Source of the DNA: Stegostoma tigrinum
Taxonomy: Eukaryota
Length of the DNA: 64,000 bases
Assembly (NCBI RefSeq): GCF_030684315.1
Contig: NC_081378.1
Coordinates: 24,290,571 to 24,354,570, forward strand
Reading direction: 5' to 3'
Shown: piece after piece, positions 26,768 through 38,487 of the stretch
Position numbering within the stretch: position 1 is the first letter of the stretch
Layout of the letters: each line of letters starts with the position of its first letter
Position numbers and translations under genes: made by a program
The notes under the pieces: generated by a model
The model's input: only the letters and a program-made list of their open reading frames with translations
Told to the model about the DNA's origin: nothing
The model's database searches: none

Positions 26768-28651
26768 GAGACTGCAGTGATGATGCCCAAGCTGATGGGA
26801 CCCTAGATGGTTGTACAGAAAGTGGGCCTCCTTGTCCCCTCCCAGACCTTTGGGGATTACTTCTCCCAACATGAAGGGTGACCCAGTGCCAGGAGTGGAG
26901 TGGGATTCCGGGCTGCTGCTATCCAGTAGTCCTGAAATTTTAGGTGAAACTGCAGGGGTTACTGCAGGGATGCTCCTGCTATTAACTCCAGGGGTGGGGA
27001 TGAGGCAGAGTTACCAACTGGTTACCCTGGACCACACCACTCCCATACTCACTCAATGTGTGTGTGGAGTTGGAGGTGACAAATTGGAGGAAGATGGGAT
27101 GTCAGTCATGAGCAACAAGTTAGATGAGGTGGTGGGTGATGTGGTGCTCACTGATGATGTCCCTCTCCTCCCTACTAGGATTTTCTACGGAGATGCTGGG
27201 TCAGAGACAGAGTCTGATTAGCAGTGGACTGTTGGGCTCCTTATTGCTACTGCTCCCATTTGCCTTGCAGTAAAAAGCAGCTTGGGGAGTATACAGGATC
27301 ACAGCAGCATTAAGGGTTCCTCTGTAGTGTTTCAGTGAGTTGAACCACCCATAGGTGTAAGTGTTGGTAGGGGAGCTATCTTGTTGGGCCTATCTTTTCA
27401 GCCAGAAATCTTGAGGATTTGTTCTAACTCACAGATAGATCTGGTGGCGCATACCTCATCCTGAACATGTACGTACCTCAGATGGGACCTGAGCTGAAGA
27501 TTCGCTTCTTTGAAACGTTTACTCAGCTCCAAAGATGACAAGGTCATTCTCTTCAGGGGAGGTTTTAATTGGAACCTTGAGCGGAGGAACCATATAAAAT
27601 GAGCTGTATGGTACCCAGATAAGTTCAGTATTGGTGGGGAGTTGAGGGACTTGCTTCACATCTGGTGGAATCTCCATCCCCACTCCATCTTCGGCTTTGT
27701 GGAACTGGAGTGGCAGCATCCAGAAGTGACCACCTCTACATGGAGTTCATAAATGTCCTGCGTTCCAACGGCCTCTGTGCAGTAAGTGCCATTCATCAGT
27801 CACAATCTGGTGTGGGCAGAGCTCATGCCATTTTGCACCAGAGCAAGGTCAATGCACTGGCACTTTAACAATCTAGAGGTCAAGTAATTCTCGGGCTCAT
27901 TCTGTCACTTCTGGATGTTATGGTAAGATGTGGTCTTTTGACAGTAGTACATATGGAGGTCCTGAAGGAAAAAAAAAGTCAGAAATCCAGAATCAAGGAA
28001 TTGGAGAAAGGGGTGCTTGACTCAGAGTCATGTCTCAGTCAGCCAGATGACAATCCAGCCTTGCATGGCGATCGAAGGCAAGGGCATGCTCCAAGACCTG
28101 CATCTCGCCAGGCGCGCATATGAGGTTATGGATCTGGTTGCTTGAAGATCCAGACCACAGTTCTCCCTTCTTCTACTCACTGGAGAAAAGCCTAGGGTCT
28201 TCCAGGAGCACTTCATGCAGTTGGCCAATGACGAATCCCACATCTTAGATTCAGAGGCACTAGAGCTCAAGTAAGGCTCTTCAATTCAGCTTTCTTCTCT
28301 CTGGGATCCATCCGGCAAGGAAACTCAAAACGTTCTGTGGGAGGATCTGCTGTAAGCGAGCCCAGAGGCTTCTGAGAGGCTTAATGCATTCTGATTCTGG
28401 AGGAGCTGACTGCTGTCCTTGACTGGCTCTCCAACACCAAGTCCCCAGGGCTGCATGTTCTGGGACTTGGGTAAAATGTATCACGATCAGAGAGATGCCC
28501 CTTTCTAGGTGCAGAACCATCATTACTCTGATGCCCAAGAAGGGGGTATCTCCATTTGTTGAAGAACTGACATCTGATCTCTCCCTTCACAGATGACAAG
28601 GTCTTTGCCAGGTACTTTCTTCAAGCCTTGGCACAATGCTGGGATCACATG

Positions 28652-28947
28652 ATTAGATTAGATTAAATTCCTTACAGTGTGGAAACAGGTCCCTCGGCCC
28701 AACAAGTCCATACCGCCCTTTGGAGCATCCCACCCAGACCCATCCCCCTAAACACTACCGGCAATTTAGCATGGCCAATCCACCTAGCCTGCACATCTCT
28801 GGACTATAGGAGGAAACCAGAGCACCCGGAGGAAACCCATGCAGACACAGGGAGAATGTGCAAACTCCGCACAGACAGTTGCCGGAGGCTGGAATCGAAC
28901 TCGGGTCCCTGGTGCTGTGAGGCTGCAGTGCTAACCACTGAGCCGCC
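28652..28947 (-). mobile_element. tRNA-derived V-SINE (HE1-like)
   Basis: Minus A box ggctcagtggttag, B box gagttcgattcc, V-domain gagtttgcacattctccc; (TCTAA)n tail. Confidence 0.85.
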
Positions 28948-29329
28948 CCAGATTCAGCCAGACCCAGGCCAGAGCTTTCATGATAACATCCACATGGTTT
29001 GGGACGTGGTCAAAGACAGCTGGTTTGTCAAGCGTCTTTCTCTCCCTTGATCAGGGAAAGGCATTCATCAAGGTGGATCACAACTATCTGTCCAGGATTT
29101 AACACGCTTTGGGGTTCAGGATGCATTTTCTTTTGTTGCTTTGGAGACAAATTCTGTACACTGCTGCATAATATCTAGGGAAGGTTAATGGGTCCGCGAG
29201 CTTCTGGCCAGTCGTATTCTCTCTGGCGGATTCATTCCCTTGCCTCTTGCAGAAACCACAGTCATATCTGGTTCTGCACAAGTTAGAGAAGGGGTTGGTC
29301 CTTTTGTGAGAATCAATGAGAGTAAACAG

Positions 29330-29775
29330 AATCAAAGCCATACAGCACGGAAACAGACTCTTCAGTCCAACCAGTCGAGGCTGAACATAGTCCCAAACTG
29401 AACTAGCCCCAACCCATGTCCCTCCAAACCTTTCCTATTTCTGTATTTATCCAAATGTCTTTTAAACATAATTGTACCTGCATCCACTTGCTAAGGAAGT
29501 TCATTCCAGACATGAACCACCCTCATGTAAAAAAAATTGCCTCTTATGTCAGTTTCAAATCTCTCTCCGCTCACCTTACAGATGTGCCACCTAGTCTTGA
29601 AATTCCCCCATCCTAGTTATCTTTGCCCCTATCATTAACTCTATTTATCTCATTATTTTATACATGTTTATCAGGCCACTAGTCAAACTCCTACGCCCCA
29701 GTGAAAGAGTCCCAGCCAATCCAGCCTTTTTTTAAAACGCAAACCTTCCATAGCTGGCAACATCCTGCTGAATCT
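29330..29775 (-). mobile_element. CR1-type LINE 3' fragment
   Basis: Similar to 15470-15880 (acagcacggaaacagac...cagtccaacc...ggaagttcattcca). Confidence 0.75.
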
Positions 29776-31070
29776 CTTCGGTTTTCTGTCAGGTGTGCAG
29801 CCTCAATTAAGACATGTAGTTCCCGTTCACGAGCGGTCCTACCCTCAGATCTTCTTCTAGGAATTGGGTCTTTTGCTTGGGCCTGATCAAAGTCTGGGAC
29901 ATTACTGGCTTGCTTCACAGCACTCTCCCTGCAGGAGTGGCTTTCATAAAGGAGCCACTGCCCACGAACAGGTTCCTATATCAGCATGTTTCTGCTGGTG
30001 GATGGAGGGGAGGTCTCAGAATGCTGGGCTGACGGAGTCAGAAACCGGTTGATGACAGAGGAAAGGGTGGGATGACAAGTGCAGCTGGCGGAGATGGTAC
30101 CAGTCAAAGTTCAGTTCACGACTTGAGCCATCAATAGACTGGTGGATGAGGTATTCATTCCTGATGCCTCAGACATGCAGCTGGCTTCCAGACAAACTGA
30201 CCCAACTGTCTGGAACTCAACATTAGCCCTATGCAACAGACTCTCCTCAAGGATGCACACTCCACAGTCCGAGTCATCTCAGGAAATCCTCTCCATGCCC
30301 CTTTGAGCAGTATGGAGGCATTTCATGTATGGGCAACTACTGCACATTCTCCAGTTGCCCAGCTTCACCCAATGCAAAGTACATTTAGGTGTGATATTTT
30401 GCCTTCTGATGGCAGAAAACAAAAAAAAAAAAAAAAAAAAAAAACGCCAGTGGAGGGCCCTCTACAAATGGGTTTACCCCTTTTTCATCAGGAATCTGGG
30501 TTGGAGAGTGCTGCATGTGGCAGTCCTGCGAAATCATGGATTGAGTAAGTTCATAAGTTCAGTGGGTGCCAGGCCACATGTAGTTATTGTAGCCTGAAGG
30601 AAATGGTTTTTCACGTATATGTCGAATGTTTCTGTTTGCAGTCTCTCTTAGTATTTTTTGAAGGAGCTGCTCCTTAAATTTTGGTTGCACTTCAGTCCCA
30701 CACTCCTGATCAATGGACACGCAGTGCAGCGAAGAGCAGAAAACTGTTCTTGTGGGTCTGTTCGTGGACCTGGAAAAGTGGCCATCAACAGATCCAGGTA
30801 GTGGGACACTGAGGGACTCATCATTCCTGACTGTCTATCGCTCTTTCATGGTTATGTCTGCATTTGGGCGTCGCAAGAGTGCAAGCAAGAGAGAGAGAGA
30901 GACAGACAGACAGACAGTTCACAATACTCACAGACACAGTAGCTGCCTTTAGAGTCTGGTGGGCACTGTAGAGGCTGGAGTGTATCACCAGCCCAGACAA
31001 TATTATTTTAATTTAGTAAGTTTCTGTTTAATTACACAAGTTTTCTTTCAAATGTAAATGGGACATTGAG

Positions 31071-32225
31071 CATAGAACATAGAACAATACAGCACAGAGC
31101 AGGCCTTTTGGTCCTCGATGTTGCACCAATCTGTGAACTAATCTAAGCCCCTCCCCCTACACTATCCCATCATCATCCATATGCTTATCCAAGGACTGTT
31201 TAAATGCCCCTAATGGGGCTGAGTTAACTACATTGGCAGGCAGGGCGTTCCACGCCCTTACCACTCTCCGAGTAAAGAACCTGCCTTTGACATCCATCTT
31301 AAATCTATCACCCCTCAATTTGTAGCTATGCCCCCTTGTACAAGCTGAAGTCATCATCCTTGGAAAAAGACTCTCACTGTCCACCCTATCTAATCCTCTG
31401 ATCATCTTGTATGTCTCTATTAAATCCCCTCTTAGCCTCCTTCTCTCCAATGAGAACAGACCCAAGTCCCTCAGCCTTTCTTCATACGGCCTGCACTCTA
31501 GACCAGGCAACATCCTGGTAAAATCACCTCTGCACCTTTTCCAATGCTTCCACATCCTTCCTATAATGGGGTGACTAGAACTGCACGTAATATTCCAAAC
31601 GAGGCCACACTAGCGTTTTGTACAGTTGCAGCATGACATCATGGCTCTGGAACTCAATCCCTCTACCTATAAAACCTATCACAGCGTAAGCCTTCTTAAC
31701 AGCACTATCACCCTGGGTGGCAACTTTCAGGGATCTATGTACATGGACACCAAGATCCCTCTGCACATGCACACTACCAAGAATCTTTCCATTGACCCTG
31801 TATTCTGCCTTTCTATTATTCCTCCCAAAGTGAATCACCTCATATTTTTCCGCATTGAATGCCATTTGCAACCTTTCAGCCCAATTCTGCAGGTTGTCCA
31901 AGTCTCCCTGCAACCTGCAACATTCTTCCACGCTGTCCATCACTCCACCGACTTTAGTGTCATCTGCAAACTTACTAACCCATCCACCTATGCCTGTGTC
32001 CAAGTCATTTGGAACCACTGCTGTTTGTCATTTTTATAGAACAGATCCTTGAGGCACACCACCAGTGGCCTAACTCCAGGCTGAATATTTTCCAGCAGCC
32101 ACCACTGGTTGCCTTCTTACAGAAAGCCAGTTTCTAATCCAAACTGCTAAATCTCCCTCAATCCCGTGCCTCTGTATTTTCTCCAATAGCCTACCATGTG
32201 GAACCCTATCAAAGGCTTTACTGAA
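31071..32225 (-). mobile_element. Relatively young 5'-truncated CR1-type LINE (RT C-terminal half)
   Basis: ORFs 31575-32018 (SKFADDTKVGG) and 31157-31555 (LFSLERRRLRGDLIETYK...WNALP); (TTCTATG)n tail at 31071-31086; apparent internal deletion near 32010-32045. Confidence 0.92.
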
Positions 32226-32559
32226 TTTGTGGTTAATTTGTGGTTTATTTTGATACAGTGCCCCAGCAGGGATTATTTCATTATTATTTGACTTCCTGTT
32301 TTAAAGAGTCAGGGAAGCTTTATTCTGTATCCAACGCCACATTGTACCTGTCTTGTGAGTATTTGATAGGGATAGTGTTGGTGGAGCTTTACTTTCAGTT
32401 CAAAGACAGTTTTACTTTTTAAAGGGAGTAGAGAGATCATTACTCTGCATCTCACCCTGTGCTACACCGGTCCTGAGACTGTTTGATACAGTGTTGTGGG
32501 ACAGTTATTTTCTGTTTGAAAGCATCAAAAAAATTAGCTTTACTCTGTCTAATCCTATG

Positions 32560-33160
32560 AATCACACACAGAATCACACAATCAGACACATCAGTCCAAC
32601 TCATCCATGCCAACCAGGTTTCCCAAACTAAATGAATCCTATTTTGCCTGCATTTGGCCTGTCCTCCAAACTTTTCCAATTCGTGTACTTATCAAAATGT
32701 CTTTTAAAATGTTGTAATTGTGCCCACATTCGCCAAATTCTCAGGAAGTTCATTCCACATGCAAATCACCCATCTTAAAAAAAAAAATTTACCCCTTGTC
32801 TTTTTTTAAAATCTCATTCCTCTCAACTTAAATCTGTTCCCTAGTCTTGATATTCCCCATCTGGGGAAAAGACAATCACCATTAACTCGAACAAAACCCC
32901 TCGTTATTTTACATAATTCCAACAGGTTGCCTCAACTTCTGTAGTCTAGTGGAAAAAATGTCCCAGCCTATTTGGCCTTTCTCTAACTCAAACCTGGCAA
33001 ATCTCTTCTGAACCCTCTCCATCTTGATAATATCATTGCTATAACTGGGCAACCAAAAGTGGACGTAGTATTCCAGAAGAAGCCTCACAAATGTTCTGTA
33101 CAACTTTAGCGAAATTCCCCAGCACCAATGCTTAAAAGGACTGAGCAATGAAAGCAAGCA
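32560..33160 (-). mobile_element. CR1-type LINE 3' fragment
   Basis: ORF 32909-33166 LKLYRTFVRLLLEYYVHFWLPSY..DIIKMERVQKRF. Confidence 0.8.
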
Positions 33161-33509
33161 AGCCAAACTGTTCAGAATTTCTGCTCAATCCATGGCAGAT
33201 GGGCACCTGCTGGAGGGGCTCTGGTACTCCACATGGAGCATCTTCTCTACCTGGGAGTCCATCTTTGCCCTGCTGAGAAGTGTTGGCCAGCAAAATTGGC
33301 AAGTGTTGGAAATCAAGGTGAGTACTCACCTAGGCTGCTGGACAAGACAACTGAGCAATCAATGGAGACAAAGTTGAGACGTTTACTTCACGCTGAAAAG
33401 AGTGGAAGAAGCTCTAACTTCAGAGTGAAAGAGTAGTGGAGCTTTATGTTCTAATTACTTTTAGCTTAAAAGAGTAGATATAGCTTTACCCCAATGTTGT
33501 CGTAGATCA

Positions 33510-33815
33510 TAGAAGATCATGGAATCCTTACAGCATGGAAACAGGCCATTTGGCTCAGAGTCCACACCGACCCTCTGAAGAGCATCCCACCCAGACCGAC
33601 CTTTTATCCTATCCCTGCATTTCCCACCCTAAACACTATCGGCAATTTAGCATGGCTAAGCCGCCTCACCTAGACATCTTGACTGTGGGAGGAAAACCAC
33701 ACTGACACAGACAGTACATGCAAACTCCACACGACAGTCACCTGAGGCTAGAATTGAACCTGGGTCCCTGACGCTGTGAGGCAACAGTGCTGAACACTGA
33801 GCCACCATGCTGCCC
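33510..33815 (-). mobile_element. tRNA-derived V-SINE (HE1-like)
   Basis: Minus ggcagcatggtggctcagtgttcag, B box ggttcaattct; similar to 28652-28947. Confidence 0.8.
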
Positions 33816-34490
33816 TGCGAATGTCTAAGTCAGACAGCACAGAAGAAGCATTACTCTAAGTCTAACCCTGTGCAGTCCCTGTCCTGGGACCGTATGATGG
33901 GACAAATGTAGCAGAAACATTACTTCCAGATTTAAAGAGCATGGAAAGCTTTAATTTCTGTTCAAAGCATAGAAGATGCTTTACTTTCGGTTTAAAGGAG
34001 TAAAGAAAGCTTTACTTTTTGTCTAACCCCACACAGTCCCTGTCCTGAGAGGCTTTGTTGGTGACAGTGCAGAAGGAGGATTTACTTTCAGCTTAAAAAG
34101 AGCAGGTAGCTTTACTGACTATCTAATTCCATGCTTTGTGTGTGTTTGGAGTATTTGGCAGGGACAATGCCAAAAGGATTTACTTTCAGTTTAAAAGAGC
34201 AGAATGAAATTTACTCTGTTGTCAACCCTATATTGTACCTGTTTGGAAGTGTTTAATAGGGACAGGGTTGATACTTTCAGTTTAAAAGATTAGCAGGAGC
34301 TTTACTCTGTATCTAACAACGTGTGGTCCCTCTCCTGGGAGTGTAGCCGAAGTATTTTATTAGTCTTGTCAACATTAATTCACTTCCATAATGTTGAAAG
34401 TCCAGTAATTTTGTAGATGTTTCCATTATTTGGAGTCTAAACTAAAACACCAAATGGAAAAACACTCAAAGTTCTGAGAAAAATTTGTAC

Positions 34491-34600
34491 CTTTAATGAG
34501 TTCAGGATACTGTGCCCTTTTTCAGTCTCTACATAGCAGTTATCACTCTCCATTTTTTTTATTTTGACACATCCTTTATGAAAGGTGCTAATGTCCAGGT
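34491..34600 (-). CDS. FAM185A: FAM185A coding exon 2
   Basis: tttgcAG|...|GTacaa, 110 bp, phase 1-0; (D)LDISTFHKGCVKIKKMESDNCYVETEKGHSILNSLK vs recalled human GLDIKSSGSGCVKVQSIEGDNCKIETEHGTSILQSVK. Confidence 0.92.
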
Positions 34601-36470
34601 CTGCAAACAGAAATATGAAGTTTAAAAATGAATTTTAAAAAAGAAAAATCAGTCAAGAGACAACATAAAATCATCTGCTTACATATCTTAAAATACACAG
34701 TACATTTGCAATTATATTCCCATTGCTTTAAAAATGCATTGTATGTAAAATGGGAATGTTTAGTTGAACAAGCTTCTCTATAGTACTAATAGAACAAAAA
34801 ACCTCATCTGGGCCCAGAAGAGCTTAGGGTGAATTGGAATGAGGAAAGATGATAATTTGGAAGAAGATTTACAACTTCCCTGTCATCAACTTTATCAACC
34901 TCTTACCATTAAAAGGGGATATATAGTTCAGAGAACTGTGGATGGATTAGTGATTTGAAAATGGTTGTTTTATACATAAAGATTGAGACTGTATTCATTA
35001 CAGTTTAGAAGAAAGCAAGGTTTGTCTTATTGAAATAAGATTCTGAGGGGACTTCTCAGAGGTGCAGGGAAGAGGTTTCCTTTCAGGGAATCTGTCTAGA
35101 ACTGGGGACAATTTCAAAAGGAGGGGCCTCTCAAGACGAATGAGAAGGAATTTCTTCTCTTGATGGGTCATAAGTCTTTGTAATTGTCTTCCACAGGGAG
35201 CAGGGGAGGCAGGCTCATTGAATATATTCAAATCCAAGTTAGATAACTCTTTGATGCATCAAAAAAATTTACAGATTATGGGAACAGATAGGAAATTGGG
35301 GTTAACACCATAAATTGGTCATAAGCCATAAATGGTGTTGTAGGGTCAAAGGGACCAAGTGGTTTACTCCTACTCATAATTTATGGCCTTACAACATTAA
35401 ACTATTTTCATATGAGAGATAATTTTGCCTAAGTATACCTTGAAGGACGTAGTAAGTCAATCAAAACTCTAATTCCACAGACAAATTAAAAGTTGCATAA
35501 CAACTACTTTTTACCTATCCTTACAAGCCACCCATATAAACTATCTTATTTCACACAAACTTCTAAGGACATAAATAAACACACACAAAAACAACAAACA
35601 AAAATTGACAAAAGACTTTTTCCTCCTCCTCATAGATGCAACTGCTGTGTCATCTGGGTCTTGTCACAGACAGCTGTGGGGCAGAGTTCTTGTGAATATT
35701 TAAGGCTAAGATAGATTCTTGATCAAAAAAAAAAAAAAAAAAAAAAATCGGGGAATCAAGGGTTATGGGGAAAGAGCAGGAAAGCGGACGTGAGGAATAC
35801 TGGATCTGCTATAAATATATTGAAAGACGGATCATGTTTGATGGGCCAAACAGCCTGCTCCTGTTCCTATTTCGTAACGATCTAAGCCTGATCACATGCT
35901 CAAAACTAACTCCAGCAGCTCAAGCACATAAACCTCCCCCCCACCCCCAAAAAATGCTGAAACTCTGAAGCAAAACAGTCAGTAAAGTGATTCTCATAAA
36001 TGAGTCTAATGCTAAAGCATTCGTCCCCTGCTGAACTAAGCGTGTGTATGTTGCATGCACTCTACATAAAACAGCAGTAAGTATTTAATTAACTTGGGAT
36101 CCCCTTAGAATGGGTACTGACAGTGCAACATGTAGATAATTTCCCATTATTTCCATGGCCTTTTTATATTGGTTCCAAAATATCCATGGTAACTTCCAAA
36201 AGCCACTAAAAACGACGACAGGTACACCACTGTTTTAAACACATGGAAACAATTAGCAGATTTACAGAAGCAGCAAAGGAAACATGCCCGGATCCAAATT
36301 GTTTTTATGCTCCGGGCATCACGATCTCTTTTGGATCTCAAACTACTAGGGTTTCGCTGAAAAGACTGGCACCCTTCAAAACAAAAACGGGGATAACACG
36401 ATGTGAGATAATAAAATGTGAGGCTGGATGAACACAGCAGGCCCAGCAGCATCTCAGGAGCACAAAAGCT

Positions 36471-36498
36471 GACGTTTCGGGCCTAGACCCTTCATCAG
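36471..36498 (-). ncRNA. Minimal type I hammerhead ribozyme core
   Basis: CUGAUGA-A-GGGU-CUAG-GCCC-GAAA-CGUC; catalytic core nucleotides intact, but stem I is only about 2 bp locally. Confidence 0.7.
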
Positions 36499-37508
36499 AG
36501 AGGGGGATGGGGTGAGGGTTCTGGAATAAATAGGGAGAGATGGGGAGGCAGACCGAAGATGGAGAGGAAACAAGATAGGTGGAGAGGAGAGTATAGGTGG
36601 GGAGGTAAGGAGGGGATAGTCAGTCCAGGGAAGACGGACAGGTCAAGGAGGTGGGATGAGGTTAGTAGGTAGGAAATGGAGGTGCGGCTTGGGGTGGGAG
36701 GAAGGGATGGGTGAGAGGAAGAACAGGTTAGGGAGGCAGAGACAGGCTGGGCTGGTTTTGGGATGCACTGGGTGGAGGGGAAGAGCTGGGCTGGTTGTGT
36801 GGTGCAGTGGGGGGAGGAGACGAACTGGGCTGGTTTTGGGATGCGGTGGGGGAAAGGGGAGATTTTGAAGCTGGTGAAGTCCACATTGATGCCATTGGGC
36901 TGCAGGGTTCCCAAGCGGAATATGAGTTGCTGTTCCTGCAACCTTTGGGTGGCATCATTGTGGCACTGCAGGAGGCCCATGATGTACGTCATCTAAAGAA
37001 TGGGAGGGGGAGTGGAAATGGTTTGCGACTGGGAGGTGCAGTTGCTTATTGCGAACCATTGCTTATTGCAGGAACAGCAACTCATATTCTGCTTGGGAAC
37101 CCTGCAGCCCAATGGCATCAATGTGGACTTCACCAGCTTCAAAATCTCCGCTTCCCCCGCTGCATCCCAAAACCAGCCCAGTTCGTCCCCTCCCCCCACT
37201 GCACCACATAACCAGCCCAGCTTTTCCCCTCCACCCACTGCATCCCAAAACCAGTCCAACCTGTCTCTGCCTCCCTAACCTGTTCTTCCTCTCACCCATC
37301 CCTTCCTCCCACCCCAAGCTGCACCTCCATCTCCTCCCTACTAACCTCATCCCACCTCCTTGACCTGTCCGTCTTCCCTGGACTGACCTATCCCCTCCCT
37401 ACCTCCCCACTTATACTCTCCTCTCCACCTATCTTCTTTTCTCTCCATCTTCGGTCCGCCTCCCCCTCTCTCCCTATTTATTCCAGAACCCTCACCCCAT
37501 CCCCCTCT

Positions 37509-37536
37509 CTGATGAAGGGTCTAGGCCCGAAACGTC
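37509..37536 (+). ncRNA. Minimal type I hammerhead ribozyme core
   Basis: ctgatgaagggtctaggcccgaaacgtc, identical to the 36471-36498 core. Confidence 0.7.
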
Positions 37537-37649
37537 AGCTTTTGTGCTCCTGAGATGCTGCTGGGCCTGCTGTGTTCATCCAGCCTCACATTTTATTATC
37601 TTGGATTCTCCAGCATCTGCAGTTCCCATTATCACTAACACGATGTGAG

Positions 37650-37828
37650 GCTGGATGAACACAGCAGGCCAAGCAGCATCAGGGGAGCAGGAAAGCTTGA
37701 CGTTTCGGGTCGGGACCCTTCTTCTTTCAAGCTTTCCAGCTCCTTTGATGCTGCTTGGCCTGCTGTGTTCATCCAGCCTCACAGCGTGTTATTTCAGATT
37801 CTCCAGCATCGGCAGTTCCTACTACCTC
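37650..37828. mobile_element. Older fold-back Penelope-derived element (host of the 36408-37635 insertion)
   Basis: Inverted arms; its left end lies at 36393-36407; own degenerate TSD caaaacaaaaacgggg (36377-36392) / caaaacgaaaacaggg (37829-37844). Confidence 0.8.
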
Positions 37829-37868
37829 CAAAACGAAAACAGGGTTCAGTTTCACAAAATGCACTTAC

Positions 37869-38268
37869 CAAACTTTACCGGAGTGACCAAATCGATGCGA
37901 GTATCGCCGCTGATTTTTTCAGAAGTCACCACCATCTGTTTCAGAGCCTTGTCGTACTTCACCAGAACATCGTCCATATTCTCCCCTTGGTTTGGGGAAA
38001 TGAGTTCGACGAAAGCGCGGTCAGCCGACGGGTAGCCGTGCGGGTCCAGCGGCTTCACCGACACATCGCAGGGCAGGCGCACCTTTAAAGAGCCGAAAGG
38101 ATCTACCAGCAGAGTCCAGCGTTTCAAGGCGCTACCCTTGTGCCGGGAGTCCAGGCAGCGGGTGCCCGACACCGACCTCCAAGGCCGCAGACGGGCAAAA
38201 GACGGGCCGCATTCCCTCGGCAAAAGCGCTGACCAGCCTCGGCGGAAAAACAGAGGGAAGGAAGTCAT
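37869..38268 (-). CDS. FAM185A: FAM185A coding exon 1
   Basis: MTSFPLFFRRGW...LKRWTLLVDPFGSLKVRLPCDVSVKPLDPHGYPSADRAFV...VKYD...PVKF|GTaagt vs recalled human LKEWTLQVSPFGRLRARLPCHLAVRPLDPLTYPDGDRVLV...VKYD...PLKF; CpG-rich; Arg-rich N-terminus. An in-frame upstream ATG exists at 38394. Confidence 0.9.
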
Positions 38269-38362
38269 GCCGGAGCCGAAACCAGGGACAGAATACCGGA
38301 TCCTCCACGGCTCAGGAGAAAACCACAACGCCAACTTTCTGTTGTTATGGGTAGAGGAGAAA

Positions 38363-38434
38363 GTGCTGTCGGGAGTTGAAGTCCGCGCACGCATCTTTAA
38401 CCGGACGATTGCGAACTACAATTCCCACAATGCA
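38363..38434. promoter_or_regulatory. Pair of ZNF143/THAP11 (SBS, ACTACA..TCCCA) motifs in the FAM185A CpG-rich promoter
   Basis: AACTACAATTCCCACAATGCA at 38414-38434 (+) and the variant GGACTTCAACTCCCGACAGCAC at 38384-38363 (-). Confidence 0.75.
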
Positions 38435-38487
38435 GTACAAACGGTTGCAGCTGTCCAAGCATTGCAGCGAGCAACGAAGAGCAACTA

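Larger units (their letters stand above)
32250..34345. repeat. Degenerate tandem repeat array interrupted by CR1 and SINE insertions
   Basis: Recurrent unit gggacagtgt..ggagctttactctgtatctaacc..gtgctgtccctgtcctgggagtgtttgat plus sub-unit ttactttcagtttaaaagag at 32256-32505, 33410-33500 and 33830-34345. Confidence 0.75.
36408..37635. mobile_element. Young inverted (head-to-head) double Penelope-like insertion
   Basis: Minus arm ~36408-37057 and plus arm ~37065-37635 are near-identical reverse complements encoding the GIY-YIG C-terminus (LQEQQLIFRLGTLQPNGINVDF); 14-bp TSD TAACACGATGTGAG at 36394-36407 and 37636-37649. Confidence 0.92.

Noticed and set aside
30231-30597. Lys-rich ORFs
   Set aside because: Caused by a 24-nt poly(A) run.
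30540-30620. TTCGLAPTELMNL as a tyrosine-recombinase box I
   Set aside because: The catalytic Arg is absent and no HxxR/Tyr boxes were seen; kept only within the unidentified-insert finding.
36495-37363. Pro/Ser-rich and Gly/Trp-rich ORFs
   Set aside because: Alternative-frame or antisense readings of the Penelope 3' region.
38269-38394. Upstream in-frame ATG extending FAM185A (ORF track 180 aa)
   Set aside because: It overlaps the promoter motifs and probably lies upstream of the TSS; ATG 38268 fits better, though this is unproven.
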